A stretch of 63,809 bases of DNA, the filler included, from Octopus bimaculoides (taxonomy: Eukaryota), in assembly GCF_001194135.2 (NCBI RefSeq). It is 6 parts of 5 records of this genome, joined end to end, with 100 filler letters (N's around TTAATTAATTAA, not from the genome) between each part and the next. Parts side by side here need not be neighbours in the genome. Positions count along the whole stretch, not along the records: positions 1 to 13,104 come from NC_068991.1; 5 more parts are not named here. One strand, given 5' to 3'. Below, one piece after another: positions 1 to 13,104 of this stretch (positions are counted from its first letter, which is position 1; every line of letters starts with the position of its first letter). The notes below the pieces were generated by a model, which was not told the origin of the DNA, did no database searches, and was given only the letters and a program-made list of their open reading frames with translations. The position numbers and the translations under genes were made by a program.

Positions 1-112
1 GCCTTCGCGCGACGGGTCCCCCGCGAGTCCGCCCTATCAACTGTCGACGGCCCGGTAAGTGCCGACCGTGGTGGCAACGGGTAACGGGGAATCAGGGTTC
101 GATTCCGGAGAA
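1..112 (+). rRNA. 18S rRNA: 18S rRNA gene fragment (5' domain), divergent and GC-rich
   Basis: Contains GCCCTATCAACT...ACGGGTAACGGGGAATCAGGGTTCGATTCCGGAGAG, the conserved eukaryotic SSU rRNA stretch. Similarity stops abruptly at 112. Confidence 0.92.
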
Positions 113-563
113 TCTCGGATTTTTTGCATTGAATCAAGTACCCTTCCCCCCTAATATGCTGCAAATCCTTTATTTTGGTTCAGGAGAAGATGGGGGGCGA
201 ATGGGGGACACCTCCCCTGGTTCCAGATTAATTGGAAATTTTTCTTTTTTTTTCGTTGAATTAATCCTGTGAAATTCTAATATGCTATTCTGGAAAATTA
301 ATGAGGCAAATTTATCTTATCTTGTCTTACTAATTTTGCCCATCTAAACTTGTCCTTTGTATGCTTATAGGACGGAGATAATTTTCAGAGATAGTATTCT
401 GAATATGTTATAGTGTTTTAATGCATTTAGAGAAGGTTATTTGCTTAGATATAGTTTTTGTACGGTAATGAATATTTATAAAAAAAAGACTTCTTAGTTA
501 AAAATACAGTAAATATTACTCATTGTGCCCCACCCTAGCAATATGTTTAGGCTTACAAAATTG

Positions 564-1053
564 ATATTGGAGTTAATTCCCTTACTTTTAAATTAGTACG
601 CTGATACTTTTTTCTTGTTCTGTGTGGAAAAGCTATTCTTTTCTCGGTTACATTCATCCGAAAGCTCAGTGCTCACTGCTGTTTACTAATCCGTTAAAAA
701 TTTAAGCGATACCACCTCTTTGATGAGTTGAGGTTACGCATTAATTGCAATGAATTCTACTGCCTTAACTACTGATATTGAAATATTTTTGTCCCGAATA
801 AGCAGTGTGAGAAGCTGGATATAATTAATCAGTACCTCGGTGGGTGCTTAGTTGTCCTATCAAATGTTTTAATGCAATTAAAAATATGAACTTGCATAGT
901 TTAAGCATTATTGAAAGTGATGGTTAATTCTGGATGATATGCCAGGCAACAGGTAGTCATATTGGAGTTATCTCCCTTACTTTTAAATTGGCACGCTGAT
1001 ACTTTTTTCCTGTTCTGTGTGGAAAAGCTATTCTTTTCTCGGTTACATTCATC
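564..1053. repeat. 95-bp direct repeat pair (564-658 and 959-1053)
   Basis: ATATTGGAGTT...CTCGGTTACATTCATC is present twice, near-identical, 395 bp apart. Confidence 0.9.
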
Positions 1054-1056
1054 TTT

Positions 1057-1201
1057 ACAGTCCAGAGTTCAAATTCCGCCGAGACCAACTCTGCCTTTCA
1101 TCCCTCTAGAGCCGATAAAATAAAATACCAGTGAAATACTAGGGTCGATAATATCGACTAACCCCTTCCCTCAAAATTATTGGCCTTGCCTAAATCAGAA
1201 A
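1057..1201 (+). mobile_element. SINE family B, partial copy
   Basis: GAGTTCAAATTCC B-box-like motif and GCCTTTCATCC...GATAAAATAAAATACCAG core shared with more than 10 copies in the window. Confidence 0.8.
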
Positions 1202-1488
1202 CCTTTATTTTTTTTCTTTCTTTTTTCATCTTTTTAAAACGAGAATTGAAATAAAGTTAACCTGTAGTTGTAAGGACTACCATACTTGCAATAAGCGAGT
1301 CATTGCTTTCGGTACATACAAACATACGACCACATTGCCAAGCAACGAAAATATAGACCCAGAACTTCATGCTTTATAAGAGACTAATTGATGATGATAG
1401 ACTGTTCACACTTTTGTAAATAGTGTTTTGGTCACTAGTTGCAAGCAACAATAGTCATGTAGATCGAGCATATTCCATTCGTTTAAAC

Positions 1489-1748
1489 CATAGGTTCTCA
1501 AAGGGGGCGGTAGAGAAAAAGGAGGCATTGGGAGGAAGGCAGTGGATTGGGGGACACTATGAATTTATAATATTATTACAGTGTTGTATACAAATTATAT
1601 AATACTATATTAAATATCAATTGATTCATAGTATATATAAATTAGTTGAATATAAAATATTTATTTATACATAAAAATAGGGGTGGGGGCACTGAGACTA
1701 TTATGTGGCCATGAAGGGACGGTGGCCCAAAAAGTTTGAGAACCTCCG
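1489..1748. mobile_element. hAT (Charlie-like) MITE, 260 bp
   Basis: Imperfect TIRs CATAGGTTCTCAAA / TTTGAGAACCTCCG flanked by an 8-bp TSD GTTTAAAC (1481-1488) / GTTTAAAT (1749-1756). Confidence 0.75.
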
Positions 1749-2261
1749 GTTTAAATTGATCTCCGAATTAACCACTGAAGCATGCTAAAAACAAAAGTTC
1801 ATGTGAACCAATGTTGGTGGCTGTTAAATTAAGAAAGCTACAGGAATTTAGATATGAAGGACTACTGCCATTGCTAAATGAACTGCTGGTTCTGTCTACT
1901 GCACCACACAAGAAAATCCAACATGAAGAAATGTGTTTGTTAACTACTGTAATGGTTAAAAGCCTTCACTACTCTAGCTTGTAATGAATTTTAAAGTAAG
2001 AATTTCCTCATATATTTCCTTGTTTTTAATCGTCCAAATGTAAACATAGTATGGTTAAATGGTTAAGAGGTTTTCTTCTCAAACTCTTTGTGAGTGAAAC
2101 TGAGTCGACAGAAACTGTGTGAAAGCCTTTCAAATGAATTGTACCTGTAATTTAAAAATGTACATCCTGGTTGCATTATCATGCTGATTCTGCTTGGAAA
2201 TTACACTATCATTTCATAGCCTCTGATTCTGGATAATCCTATGGAGTTTCTTGTGTCATGA

Positions 2262-2750
2262 GCCAGATCTCCATGTGCAGAAGAAGTAGGACAAGATGAT
2301 GAACAGAGTAGTCAGTCTTGCATGTAAATGGGCCAAAGGTTAGCTATCCCTGAAAAGTCAGGCAAAGGTGGCAAATGCTTATATTGACTCTATCATATTA
2401 GTGCCTGACTGTTGTGCCTTGCCCCAGTTCATGTTTGACTGAATTGGAGCATCTTCTCTTCTATTTTTTTGTGGAAAGGAAACATTCCACTGATTAAGTG
2501 TTCCACTTGCTGTCTACACTGACTGAGTGGAGGACTGGTCATGCTATAGCTGATAATGTGAAGACACATGCCAAAGCTGCAATATCTTCAATTCCTGGGT
2601 GGTGAATAGGTGTAGTCACCATTTCTTTGACAAGCTATTACACAGCTCATCTATTTGACAAAGTTGTAGCCCTGAATCAAGCAGAGACTGAGACAGAGTG
2701 CTTCACATCTGTAATGTCATCAAGCCTCTGACAGTTGGGCAATGCTTGTG
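2262..2750 (+). mobile_element. Decayed L1/Tx1-like LINE ORF2 fragment (post-RT region)
   Basis: Translates with stops and frameshifts to LSLKSQAKVANAYIDSII...LTVVPCP...FLWKG...GGL, homologous to LSLKGWAEVANAYIASVINYRLTVVPCP of the copy at 53363-53785. Confidence 0.8.
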
Positions 2751-5700
2751 TGTGAGAGTTAGTGTTAGTGTTGTTGTTGAAGAAATTTTCAGAATGTCCA
2801 AAAAAAAAAGACAAAATGTATTTTGTGTTTTTCTGAAATGGTAAAATTTTCCATCTTCAAAACATGAATGAATGAATTTTTATTCCACTTTAATTACAGA
2901 AAAACTTCATTCAGTTTTACTTTGAAAGATACTGTTGCCTTTATGAATCAATGCCATTGTGAATGAAGTTAGACCAAAATGTTTTGGAGGTAAAAGTTAA
3001 AATAAAACCTAAGCTTTCCATGAAAGAACTTTTACATGACATAAACAAGTAATAAATCCAAATTCTGAAATTAGAAACAAAAAAATTGGAGCAATCATCA
3101 AAAGAAAGAGAGAGAAAGAAAAAGTCCATTGAAGCTGCCAACCAATAATAATCCTTTCTACTATAGGCAAAATGTCTGAAAGTTTGGGGGAGGGGACTAG
3201 GTGATGACTCTAGGTTTGATACTGAATTTATTGAACCCCACCACCAAAAAAAAAAAAGGATGAAAGGTAAAGTTAGGAAAATTTGAACTCAAAATGAAAA
3301 GTCAAACAAAATGCTTCCAAGCATTTCGTTTGGATGCTAACGATTCTGCCAGCTCACTGCCTCAATAATGCTGATAATAATTTCTTTATTAGTCACAAGG
3401 GTGGAAAGAAAAGAAGGACAATACAAAAAACAAGATACAACATAGTGGGAGTGGGGTTACATAAGATGTGTAAAGAAGAAACAACAAAAACAGGTAACAA
3501 CAATTCCAAATATACAAAGTACCCAATAGGGGCAAGAACTGGTTAGGACCAATCAACAAAACCACCAAAAACCTGAATCATTTTCATGACAGGTCATAGA
3601 AGGCAAATGCTCTCTTTGGTTTATTGTTTTCCCAGCCTTCAGATGCATACTCAAAGTGGGTTTGTTACAAATGCTTATTTACTGCTCTTACCTTACCCTT
3701 TAATGATTTTATTGGTGGGAAAACACCTCCCTCCCCACTCTCACCTTCCTTTCCAAGTGAAACTTGCAAAAAGATGATGAGTGCTTCGCTGAAGAAAAAA
3801 GTGTCTATTTTCAGTTCTTTAAGTCTGATCTTGGGCTCTGTCTAGGTCAACAGTATGTATCACAAATGTGTAGTCTGTGCAGCAGACTGGTTGAAATTGT
3901 CCACATCCTATACTATTCCTGATCACTAAACTAACAAATACTTTATCTAAATAATATATGGATGATCCAGCATCATTGCTCTATGTCCACACAGGTATTT
4001 TGGGGGAAATCCAGCTGGTATCTGTCAGACAGTTGGAACTGTCTGTGTGGATTTTCTAAGCTTTTCCAGTCCTTCTCCTATCATCTAGTATCACACAATC
4101 TCATCAAGTGTCTGAAATGCTATTCCAGTCTCCCACTAACTTGAATGGACAGGACTTTCCCAAGAATGTTTCTTTTATTTGCTTTCTTATGGAAATCCTC
4201 CACCATGATTTCAGAATTGATGTAATAAGTTCAATCCAACTTCTTATGTGGATTTAATTAGAAATTTATTGAGTGAGATCATGAAGTTATAAATGAAACA
4301 AAATTTAAAATATTGCTGTTATTTAACCTCCAGATTGGTCATAAAAACAAATACAGCATTTTGAATAATCAAAATATTAAAAAAAGTACATTAACAAAAC
4401 AACTGGTACTCTACAATGACTACTGTAAACTTGTAAAATAAAAGATAAATTCACAGTTTATTAAAAACAATATATTTTATTTATAAAAAATGAAATTACA
4501 ATAAAAGATATGTAAAAATAATATTTAGAGAAGATGAATCACAACTGGATTTTAAAGAAGAATATGATGACAAACAGAAATTTGATGGCGTACACAGATG
4601 CACATACATATATATACACACACACAGGGCATATGTGACTGGAGTGGATATCAATACTTCAGAAGGAAAATTCTTTGGTAGGTCACAACTGCTCCAGTCA
4701 ATGTTCACTCTTAGTTTCTGCAGTGTGAGGCAGCTACAAGATAATTTCCCTTCTGAATAACATATATTTTACTACAGATCAGCTTCTTAGATAGACACGT
4801 AATTATTTTCCAGTTGTTAAAGTATTTTGCTAAGACAAAAAAAACACTGCTATTGATAATGCAAAAATGTGATGAAGATCTAAGCACCAGTACTACATAC
4901 ACACACACACACACACATATATACATACACACACATACATATATATATATACATACATATACACACACACACATATATACATACACACACACATATATAT
5001 ATATATATATACATGCACACACACATATATATGTGCACACACACATATATACATATATATATATATACATACACACATGTATTTATATATACATATATAT
5101 ACACACACAGACATACATATGTGTGTGTGTGTATAATATATATCGTTCTCATATCAGAGTGTATACAAATCATAAAGTATGAGATGCCAAAATCTCTTTT
5201 AAACCTGAAATAAAGAAAATCTTACACTGAGACGATGTTCAGCTAATGCGTTTATCTGAATGATGCTCAATCTTCTAATAAACACACACACACAAACAAA
5301 TGTAGATGCCCAGAGAAATAAAATTGATCTCATAGTTTGGTATGGAACTTTAATTTATGGTAAAAGGTAACATCCAGTTTATGCCCTTTTTGAAGGCAGT
5401 TTGTAAGTGAAGCCTTAGCAAATGAAGAATTAAAACAAATGCAGATTTTATCAATTAAGAATTTACCGCTGCATCAATGACAGTGTGTACTACACATATA
5501 GTGTGCACAGGTAACAGAAAATATTGAACTCCAGACGTCAAAGATATAGGCTATATGATGAAGAAAACTACAGGAAACACCCGCTTACCACTGATGTGCA
5601 CACACACATACACACACAAATGCATATACAAAATCTGCAAAGAACTAGAGTTGGTCATGGAATGCAGTATACACACACACTGTTCCTAAAAAATATTCAG

Positions 5701-6667
5701 AGAATACACTAAAAGATTTTTTTTCTCCCACTAATTCACAAGTGATCTGTAATACCATTGTTATATTCCATCAGTTGTTGCTATTGAAAACATTAGTTTT
5801 GCATTCTTTCAGTGGCCGTTCTTCAAAATAATGTCCTCTTTGAGCTTTGTCAAGGGATATCATTAAAATAATTGCTTCAAAACATTGCAGTCTAACAGAC
5901 TTTGTTGTCTTGAAAAAAAAAAATCTTGGTCTTCAGGTAAGGAAGCTTAGCACCAATTAAACATATAACAGGTATATATGTATCACACCTCCTTTTATTA
6001 CAAAGGGAAATTTTATAGGAGAGTGGGAATGGAAGGACTGTAAGTTTTCTTCTTTTCCTTGCTTTCGGCATCAGAATTAGCAAATTGAAAAGATTTGTAG
6101 CTTAAATAGACAATCTATACAGCAAGAACTGAAAACATTCTTCAGAAAAATGAGCCCCCAATAAAACCAGTTTTATGTGGAGATGTTGACAGAATAGAGG
6201 TATCATAATCAGTAAAATGATCAGCAAATACAGTGAACCTTGTTTCCAAGCAGCACATGTGAGAGGGTTCATTGTTTGTAAGACAAACCATAAATTTGTC
6301 ACGAAGTATGTCTTTTTGATTGAGCTCACCTACAGGTTCCCATAGTGATAGCAGTTTGTTATGGTGGAGATGATGATGTAAACAATCTCTAAACAGTGGT
6401 ACTGTCGCTGCACCTGAAATATGAAATAACCAAAACAAATAATACAAGAATTTCACTCAGAAACAATAAACACAAAACTTAAGTTGGACAATGTCTAAAA
6501 GACCTTTAACATTAACTTTAACCTTTTTGATACCAACCTATTCAAGACCATTTCTAGTTCTAAAATACTAACTTCACATTTTAAAGTGCTTTACATTAAA
6601 ACCCTCCATCAAAATTTCAACTCTTTTGTTATCATATTTATGTTGAAATACAGGTCTTTTTTTTTTT

Positions 6668-7152
6668 ATTCTTTTTACTGTGGCCATGCTGGAGCACCGC
6701 CTTTAGTCGAGCAAATCGACCCCAGGACTTATTCTTTGTAAGCCTAGTACTTATTCTATATGTCTTTTTTGCCGAACCGCTAAGTTACGGGGACGTTAAC
6801 ACACCAGCATCGGTTGTCAAGCGAAGTTGGGGGGACAAACACAGACACACAAACATACACACACACACACACACACACANNNNNNNNNNGTTGCCATCCG
6901 GTTTCACCAGTCCTCAGTCAAATCGTCCAACCCATGCTAGCATGGAAAGCGGACGTTAAACGATGATGATGATGATGATGATATATAAGATGGGCTTCTT
7001 TCAGTTTCCGTCTACCAAATCCACTCACAAGGCTTTGGTCGGCCCGAGGCTATAGTTAAAGACACTTGCCCAAGGTGCCACGCAGTGGGACTGAACCTGG
7101 AGCCATGTGGTTGGTAAGCAAGCTACTTACCACACAGCCACTCCTATGCCTA
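6668..7152 (-). mobile_element. SINE family A, near-full copy, with internal (CA)n and a nested RTE tail
   Basis: tRNA-like head GGAGTGGCTGTGTGGTAAGTAGC...GGTTCAGTCCC on the minus strand; matches copies at 15426, 19835, 24310 and 48737. Confidence 0.9.
6890..6981 (+). mobile_element. RTE LINE 3' tail ending in (GAT)n, nested in SINE A
   Basis: CAGTCCTCAGTCAAATCGTCCAACCCATGCTAGCATGG matches the reverse complement of the RTE 3' end at about 45385-45425. Confidence 0.7.
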
Positions 7153-7534
7153 CAATTTTTAAAATAATGAAGAATCTAATTAAATAATTTTGTCATTTTT
7201 AGGTTGGTGTTTGGAATAACATAAATTTTGATGAAGGTTTTAATTTAGGTCACTTTAAAACAGAAAGTTTGTATCATAGAATTATGAGATCACAATGGTT
7301 AATTTGAGCTCCAAGCACCAGCTTAAGGATAAAGTTATTTTACTAAATTTTTCACTATTTTCAAAATAAATTGAAAGACATTTATATTCCAACAGAAATA
7401 CAGTATGTAACAAATGGATTAAATAATGATTTCTTACATTGACACACAATCTGAAATTGATGTGGGAGGTTGTTATACATATTATTTTCATCTTATGTTA
7501 TAATTTGATCCACATTTAGGATACCTTATAAGAA

Positions 7535-8205
7535 TATTGCTTTCAAATTTTGGCACAAAGCCAGCAATTTTGAGGGAGGAGGTAAATTGGTTACTTCAAC
7601 TCCAATGTTCAACTGGTACTTATTTTATTCACCTTGAAAGGACTGAAAGGCAAAGTTAACCCCAGTGGCATTTGAACTCAGAACATAAGTTAGGAGAAAT
7701 GCTGCTAAGCATTCTTCAGTGCAGTAACAATTCAGCCAACTCACCACCTTACATTATAAGAATATTAAAATGACCCCAGTACTTGATTGATACCTTATAT
7801 TGACTCTAGAAGAATGGAAAGCAAAATGGGACACTGCAAGATTTGAACTCAGAATGTAGAGTTATAACTAAACACTATAAGCAATTTTTCTAATGTTCTA
7901 ATGCTTTACCTAGCTCACTGACAGTGAGCTGGCAGAAACATAACTAATTAGGGCGGTGAGCTGGCAGAAACGTTAGCACACTGGGCGAAATGCTTAGTGG
8001 TATTTCGTCTGCCGTCATGTTCTGAGTTCAAATTCCGCAGAGGTTGACTTTGCCTTTCATCCTTTTGGGGTCGATAAATTAAGTACCAGCTATGCATTGG
8101 GGGTCGATGTAATCGACTTAATCCCTTTGTCTGTCCTTGTTTGTCCCCTCTATGTTTGTCCCCTCTATGTTTAGCCCCTTATGGGCAATAAAGAAATAAG
8201 AAACA
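7535..8205. mobile_element. Cluster of SINE family B copies (7535-7750 minus, 7775-7925 minus degenerate, 7950-8205 plus)
   Basis: GGCGGTGAGCTGGCAGAAACGTTAGC head and CCTTTCATCC..GGGGTCGATAAATTAAGTACCAG core. The plus copy has a different tail with a 15-bp internal duplication. Confidence 0.85.
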
Positions 8206-8971
8206 TAACTAATTATTGTTAGGCATTTAACCAGCACTCTCAACTGCTNNNNNNNNNNNNNNNNNNNNNNNNNNNNNNNNNNNNNNNNNNNNNNNNNNNN
8301 NNNNNNNNNNNNNNNNNNNNNNNNNNNNNNNNNNNNNNNNNNNNNNNNNNNNNNNNNNNNNNNNNNNNNNNNNNNNNNNNNNNNNNNNNNNNNNNNNNNN
8401 NNNNNNNNNNNNNNNNNNNNNNNNNNNNNNNNNNNNNNNNNNNNNNNNNNNNNNNNNNNNNNNNNNNNNNNNNNNNNNNNNNNNNNNNNNNNNNNNNNNN
8501 NNNNNNNNNNNNNNNNNNNNNNNNNNNNNNNNNNNNNNNNNNNNNNNNNNNNNNNNNNNNNNNNNNNNNNNNNNNNNNNNNNNNNNNNNNNNNNNNNNNN
8601 NNNNNNNNNNNNNNNNNNNNNNNNNNNNNNNNNNNNNNNNNNNNNNNNNNNNNNNNNNNNNNNNNNNNNNNNNNNNNNNNNNNNNNNNNNNNNNNNNNNN
8701 NNNNNNNNNNNNNNNNNNNNNNNNNNNNNNNNNNNNNNNNNNNNNNNNNNNNNNNNNNNNNNNNNNNNNNNNNNNNNNNNNNNNNNNNNNNNNNNNNNNN
8801 NNNNNNNNNNNNNNNNNNNNNNNNNNNNNNNNNNNNNNNNNNNNNNNNNNNNNNNNNNNNNNNNNNNNNNNNNNNNNNNNNNNNNNNNNNNNNNNNNNNN
8901 NNNNNNNNNNNNNNNNNNNNNNNNNNNNNNNNNNNNNNNNNNNNNNNNNNNNNNNNNNNNNNNNNNNNNNN

Positions 8972-9257
8972 CTATTGAGCGAAAACACCTAGAGGCTCCG
9001 GCAGGGGATGGTAGCGAACCCTGCTGTACTCTTTCACCACAACTTTCTCTGTCTTTCTTCCTGTTTCTGTTGTGCCTGTAATTTAAAGGGTCAGCCTTGT
9101 CACACTGTGTCATGCTGAATATCCCCGAAAACTACGTTAAGGGTACATGTGTCTGTGGAGTGCTCACCCACTTGCACGTTAATTTCACGAGCAGGCTGTT
9201 CCGTTGATCGGATCAACTGGAACCCTCGACGTCGTAAGCGACAGAGTGCCAACAACA
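8972..9257 (+). mobile_element. SINE family C body plus tail 1
   Basis: Near-identical to the reverse complement of 36460-36757. Confidence 0.9.
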
Positions 9258-9267
9258 AAAGTTGCTA

Positions 9268-9545
9268 CATTAGGGGATGATGCTCCAGCTTTATCAACAG
9301 TGCAAAAGTAGGCAGCTGAATTTAGGAGGATAAGAGAGAGTCATGAAGAAGACCCAACATTTGGACATCTACAACTGCCACCACCAAGGAAAACATTGAT
9401 TGTGTTCACTACATGGTGATGGATGACAAGTGATTGACTTTAAATCAAATAGCCAATGCTAATCCTGTGAGAGAGTTGAGAATATTCTGCATAATGAACT
9501 TGGCATGACAAACGTTTCTGCTCGGTGGGTGCCAAGTCGTCTGAC
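9268..9545 (+). mobile_element. Mariner transposase remnant (HTH linker region)
   Basis: Translates to ...ENILHNELGMTNVSARWVPSRLT (mariner WVP motif), with stops and frameshifts upstream. Confidence 0.8.
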
Positions 9546-10949
9546 CAACAAGATATTTGATACTGTGCGATGTCTTCAATAATAATAATAATAATAATAA
9601 TTTGAAAAGCAGATGTACATTAAGATCTGCAGTCTTTCTTTGCAATCAAACTCTGGTGATGGGTACTAAGTATTTGCTGTGATTACAAAGGGACATGTTT
9701 AGTAAAGTCCTCTAGAAATGAAATACTGAAAACATATAAGAAAGGTCAAGTGCAAATAATGATTAGAAGAAGAAGACAGGTTGAATAATGTAGCCTTAAT
9801 GTGCTATGTCTGGGGAAAAGATGAGACGGCCATGGGTGGAATGCCTATCATCCGATCAAGCTTGCTTGACTTGTTGCCTATCATATCCCATATAATGTTT
9901 GGTAGGTCAGCAGAACAAAACCCTGTGTCTGCACAAAGTTGGTCAAAGTAGTCATTTGGCATCCAAAATATGATGCAGAATTCCATTAACCCAGGTGTAT
10001 AATGGGGAGAGGTTTCATCCAAACTTCATTCCTGTTTAGTCTATAAGTAGCACTTATCCAACTGCTTCAGAGATTCTGAATAAAATGAAGCACTGCTTTT
10101 CATCAACACCTCATCCACCAGACCCCTCTCCAAAAATAAATCTTTCAGTACTCACTAAACTCCCTCTATAGAGTCACTTTTCCAGATCCACAATCAATCA
10201 GGGAAAGATCCAACCCTAACCAATAAGTCACATAAACTGCAACTTTTAGTCATTTTCTACTTGAACCAAACTCACCTAGTGTACACTCAGTGTAGGGTAA
10301 ATTGACTGACACTTGTCAACTCTAAACCACCTTCTGAATACTCTCCCTAGCGATATCAGGGTTAACTTTTTCCAGCCAAAAATGCAGTTCTATCCATCCC
10401 CACTATGGTGCATGCAGTGCAATTTTACAAACAGCACAATATGCTTACTAATCTCTCTCAATCCTCCAGTACTCTCAACCAGGTTTTCCTAAACCTGACA
10501 AAAACACTCACCTTATTCTCTGAAGATATAAGAACTACATACAGCTTCAAATCAAATTCAGTAATTGACTCACAGGACTCTCAGATGTTGCTTAATAATC
10601 ATCTCTGCAACCAACCTCTTTTCTTTCAGCTTTCTTTGTATTACTAATTGCTGAATCCGCCTACCCAAGCACAATAGCTGAATCAGTTGGATTTTAATAT
10701 CCAGTGATCCTGCCATTACCTCATACCAAATCAAAGCCCAACTTCAGCCCCATTATTATGGTTGCAATCATAATTCGTCCTCAGTCAAGTTGCATCTTCA
10801 ACTTCAACCGAAACAACCCCCATTACTATATTACTAGTATCACATCATATGACTCTTTTCTCTAACTTGGACAGACACCAGCACTCTTTCAGTCTGTCCT
10901 CCTTCTTCATCCTTTTCACAATCTTTCATCATAACAACCATCATCTCTC

Positions 10950-11022
10950 CCACAGTGGGACTGAACCCGATATCATGTGGTTGGGAAGCAAACTTCTTAA
11001 CCACACAGCCATACCTGCGCCT
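10950..11022 (-). mobile_element. SINE family A head fragment
   Basis: Reverse complement of AGGCGCAGGTATGGCTGTGTGGTTAAGAAG...GGGTTCAGTCCCACTG. Confidence 0.75.
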
Positions 11023-11199
11023 CACTAATCATAATACCTCCCAGTCATCCAATCACATGCCTATACATCCTATACATCATCCCATTGATACAATCAATAA
11101 TGTAGTTAATCACAATAAGCTGAACATTCGTTCATGTTCCACATACTATCAAATCTCCGGTATTGGTACCTCTGCACTTAACCTTTTTCCCACTGAATG

Positions 11200-11800
11200 G
11201 TTTTTATGCTGCTTCTCCCACTGCAGCTGTCCATTAACTTCAGAGTCATTAAAATGGTTGTGCAAATTGTATCAATGAGTGCTCTCCACTCCTTCTCCTA
11301 TAAGAACTTCCATTGTGGGCACTTCTATTTAGTTGGAAGAGTAGCTACCAGTGGATCTCAGTGGTAGTAGCAAATATTCGTAGTTTGCTATATAATCTGT
11401 CAACCAGTCTAGTTACATCTGTAGAAATCAATTAATTCAAGCTTAGGCTTTTTACAATCCATGCTCCTATGTGGCCTCCCCTTTGACAACTAAAGTACAG
11501 CCCCTTGAATGTTTGCAGCTTCTTCCTTTCCCTCTCCCTTCCTCAATGCTCAATATCGTACATCCAGTTGCATCATGGCTACTGCTACAAGACCTTAGGT
11601 CTTATACTATGCTGACACTCACCAAGTCTTTCATGACCGTGGTTTCAATGTCTGGCCATTGCTGATCAGAAAATCCAGTCATGAAACTGAATTTAACTAC
11701 TCTGTCTGGCATAACAAGCTAGGAAGGGTAACTTGGATCTGGCCCATTTCACTTTTCATAGCTTGGTGTAGGCCATAAATGCCCCATATGTAAAAGTATC
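11200..11800 (-). mobile_element. Decayed Gypsy-like LTR retrotransposon gag/zinc-knuckle/protease remnant
   Basis: Degenerate DCKKPKLELIDFYRCN*TG and RALIDT motifs, colinear with the better-preserved copy at 57290-58180. Confidence 0.55.
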
Positions 11801-13065
11801 TTTCACCGTGTTTTTTACTTGGTTTTTAATTGGTTGAAATCATGCATCTCCAGACAATGTCAATGCATCTGCCCACCAGATACAATAACATAAATTTTGC
11901 AGTATCTGCTATTCTCTATAGTTTTGTGACTAATTTCACTTTCTTCAGCCACTGGTGCACATCCCATTTACTGTTAAAAGGTCTTAATACCTTGCTACTA
12001 ATCCTAACCTTCTCCAACATTTATCTTTTATTCACTGAAAGCTTGTGGTTGAATAATAATAATATGATAATGAGTGCTTTCCATATAGTGCTCAGGTACA
12101 CTACAACTTGTAAGAGAAAAGTAAAAATGAAGGAAACAATAAATCAAATAAGGAGATATAGCTATGGTAGCTAAAAGTACCTGTGTAACATACAAGATAA
12201 TAGCCACCAGAATGACATGAAGGCTCCACTTATCCCCCAGCCCTGCACATGACCTATGGTTCTCATGACTTGAGTCTTTCTCTACTCTGAGATCTATACA
12301 TAACACAAGGCTTCATTAATATAGTGAGATCTGAAACACACCTCTGTCATTACACCAATTTTTATGTAAGTCTTTGTCAGATATATTTTCTATTTGGATA
12401 CAGCTATAATGTGTAGCAACTACATTGCTAAAATCCAACAATGTTATTGAACAGGACAAGATTGAGGTAATAGTTTTAAAAATGAATGGCATATTCTTGA
12501 ATTGATTCTTATCCTCATCAAATTCTTCAAATATTCTCTATGGGAACCCCAAAAGAAAGAAAACTGTAAGAAACAGAAGAGAGAAAAGATAAATAGAGAT
12601 AAAGAAATTAGAAAAGAGGAAGTGAGGGGGTGGGCAAGAGAATGAAAAGGTAAGTAGTTACAGACAGTGGAAAAGATTAATGAAACAAAGTATGAGAGGA
12701 AGCAGTGAAATAATATATCTATATATTAGTAGCAACTGTGTCAGATAAGTGCAAGCACATAAACATGTCTGCATTGTGTGTGTGCATCATCCTTACCATT
12801 TAATTGTTGCACTGATTGTCCTTTGTTAAACCCTAAATAAAGAAATAATCTGATGTCAATTTTCTCAGGGGATGTAGTGACATAAGCATAACAATGATCA
12901 AATCATGCTGGTGCATTTTCATAGCAGTCACAAAATCAAAATGTTGTGATACATAACAGTGGAATTACACTATTACAATGCAATGTATGATAGTAATAAC
13001 ATCTAACTGTTGCAATATATACCACATATACTAGTGATAGCATCACAATAATGTGGTGCAAGGTA

Positions 13066-13104
<39 letters not shown>

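Noticed and set aside
9800-10700. Possible LINE remnant (strand-skewed composition)
   Set aside because: No diagnostic motif could be read, so it was left uncalled.
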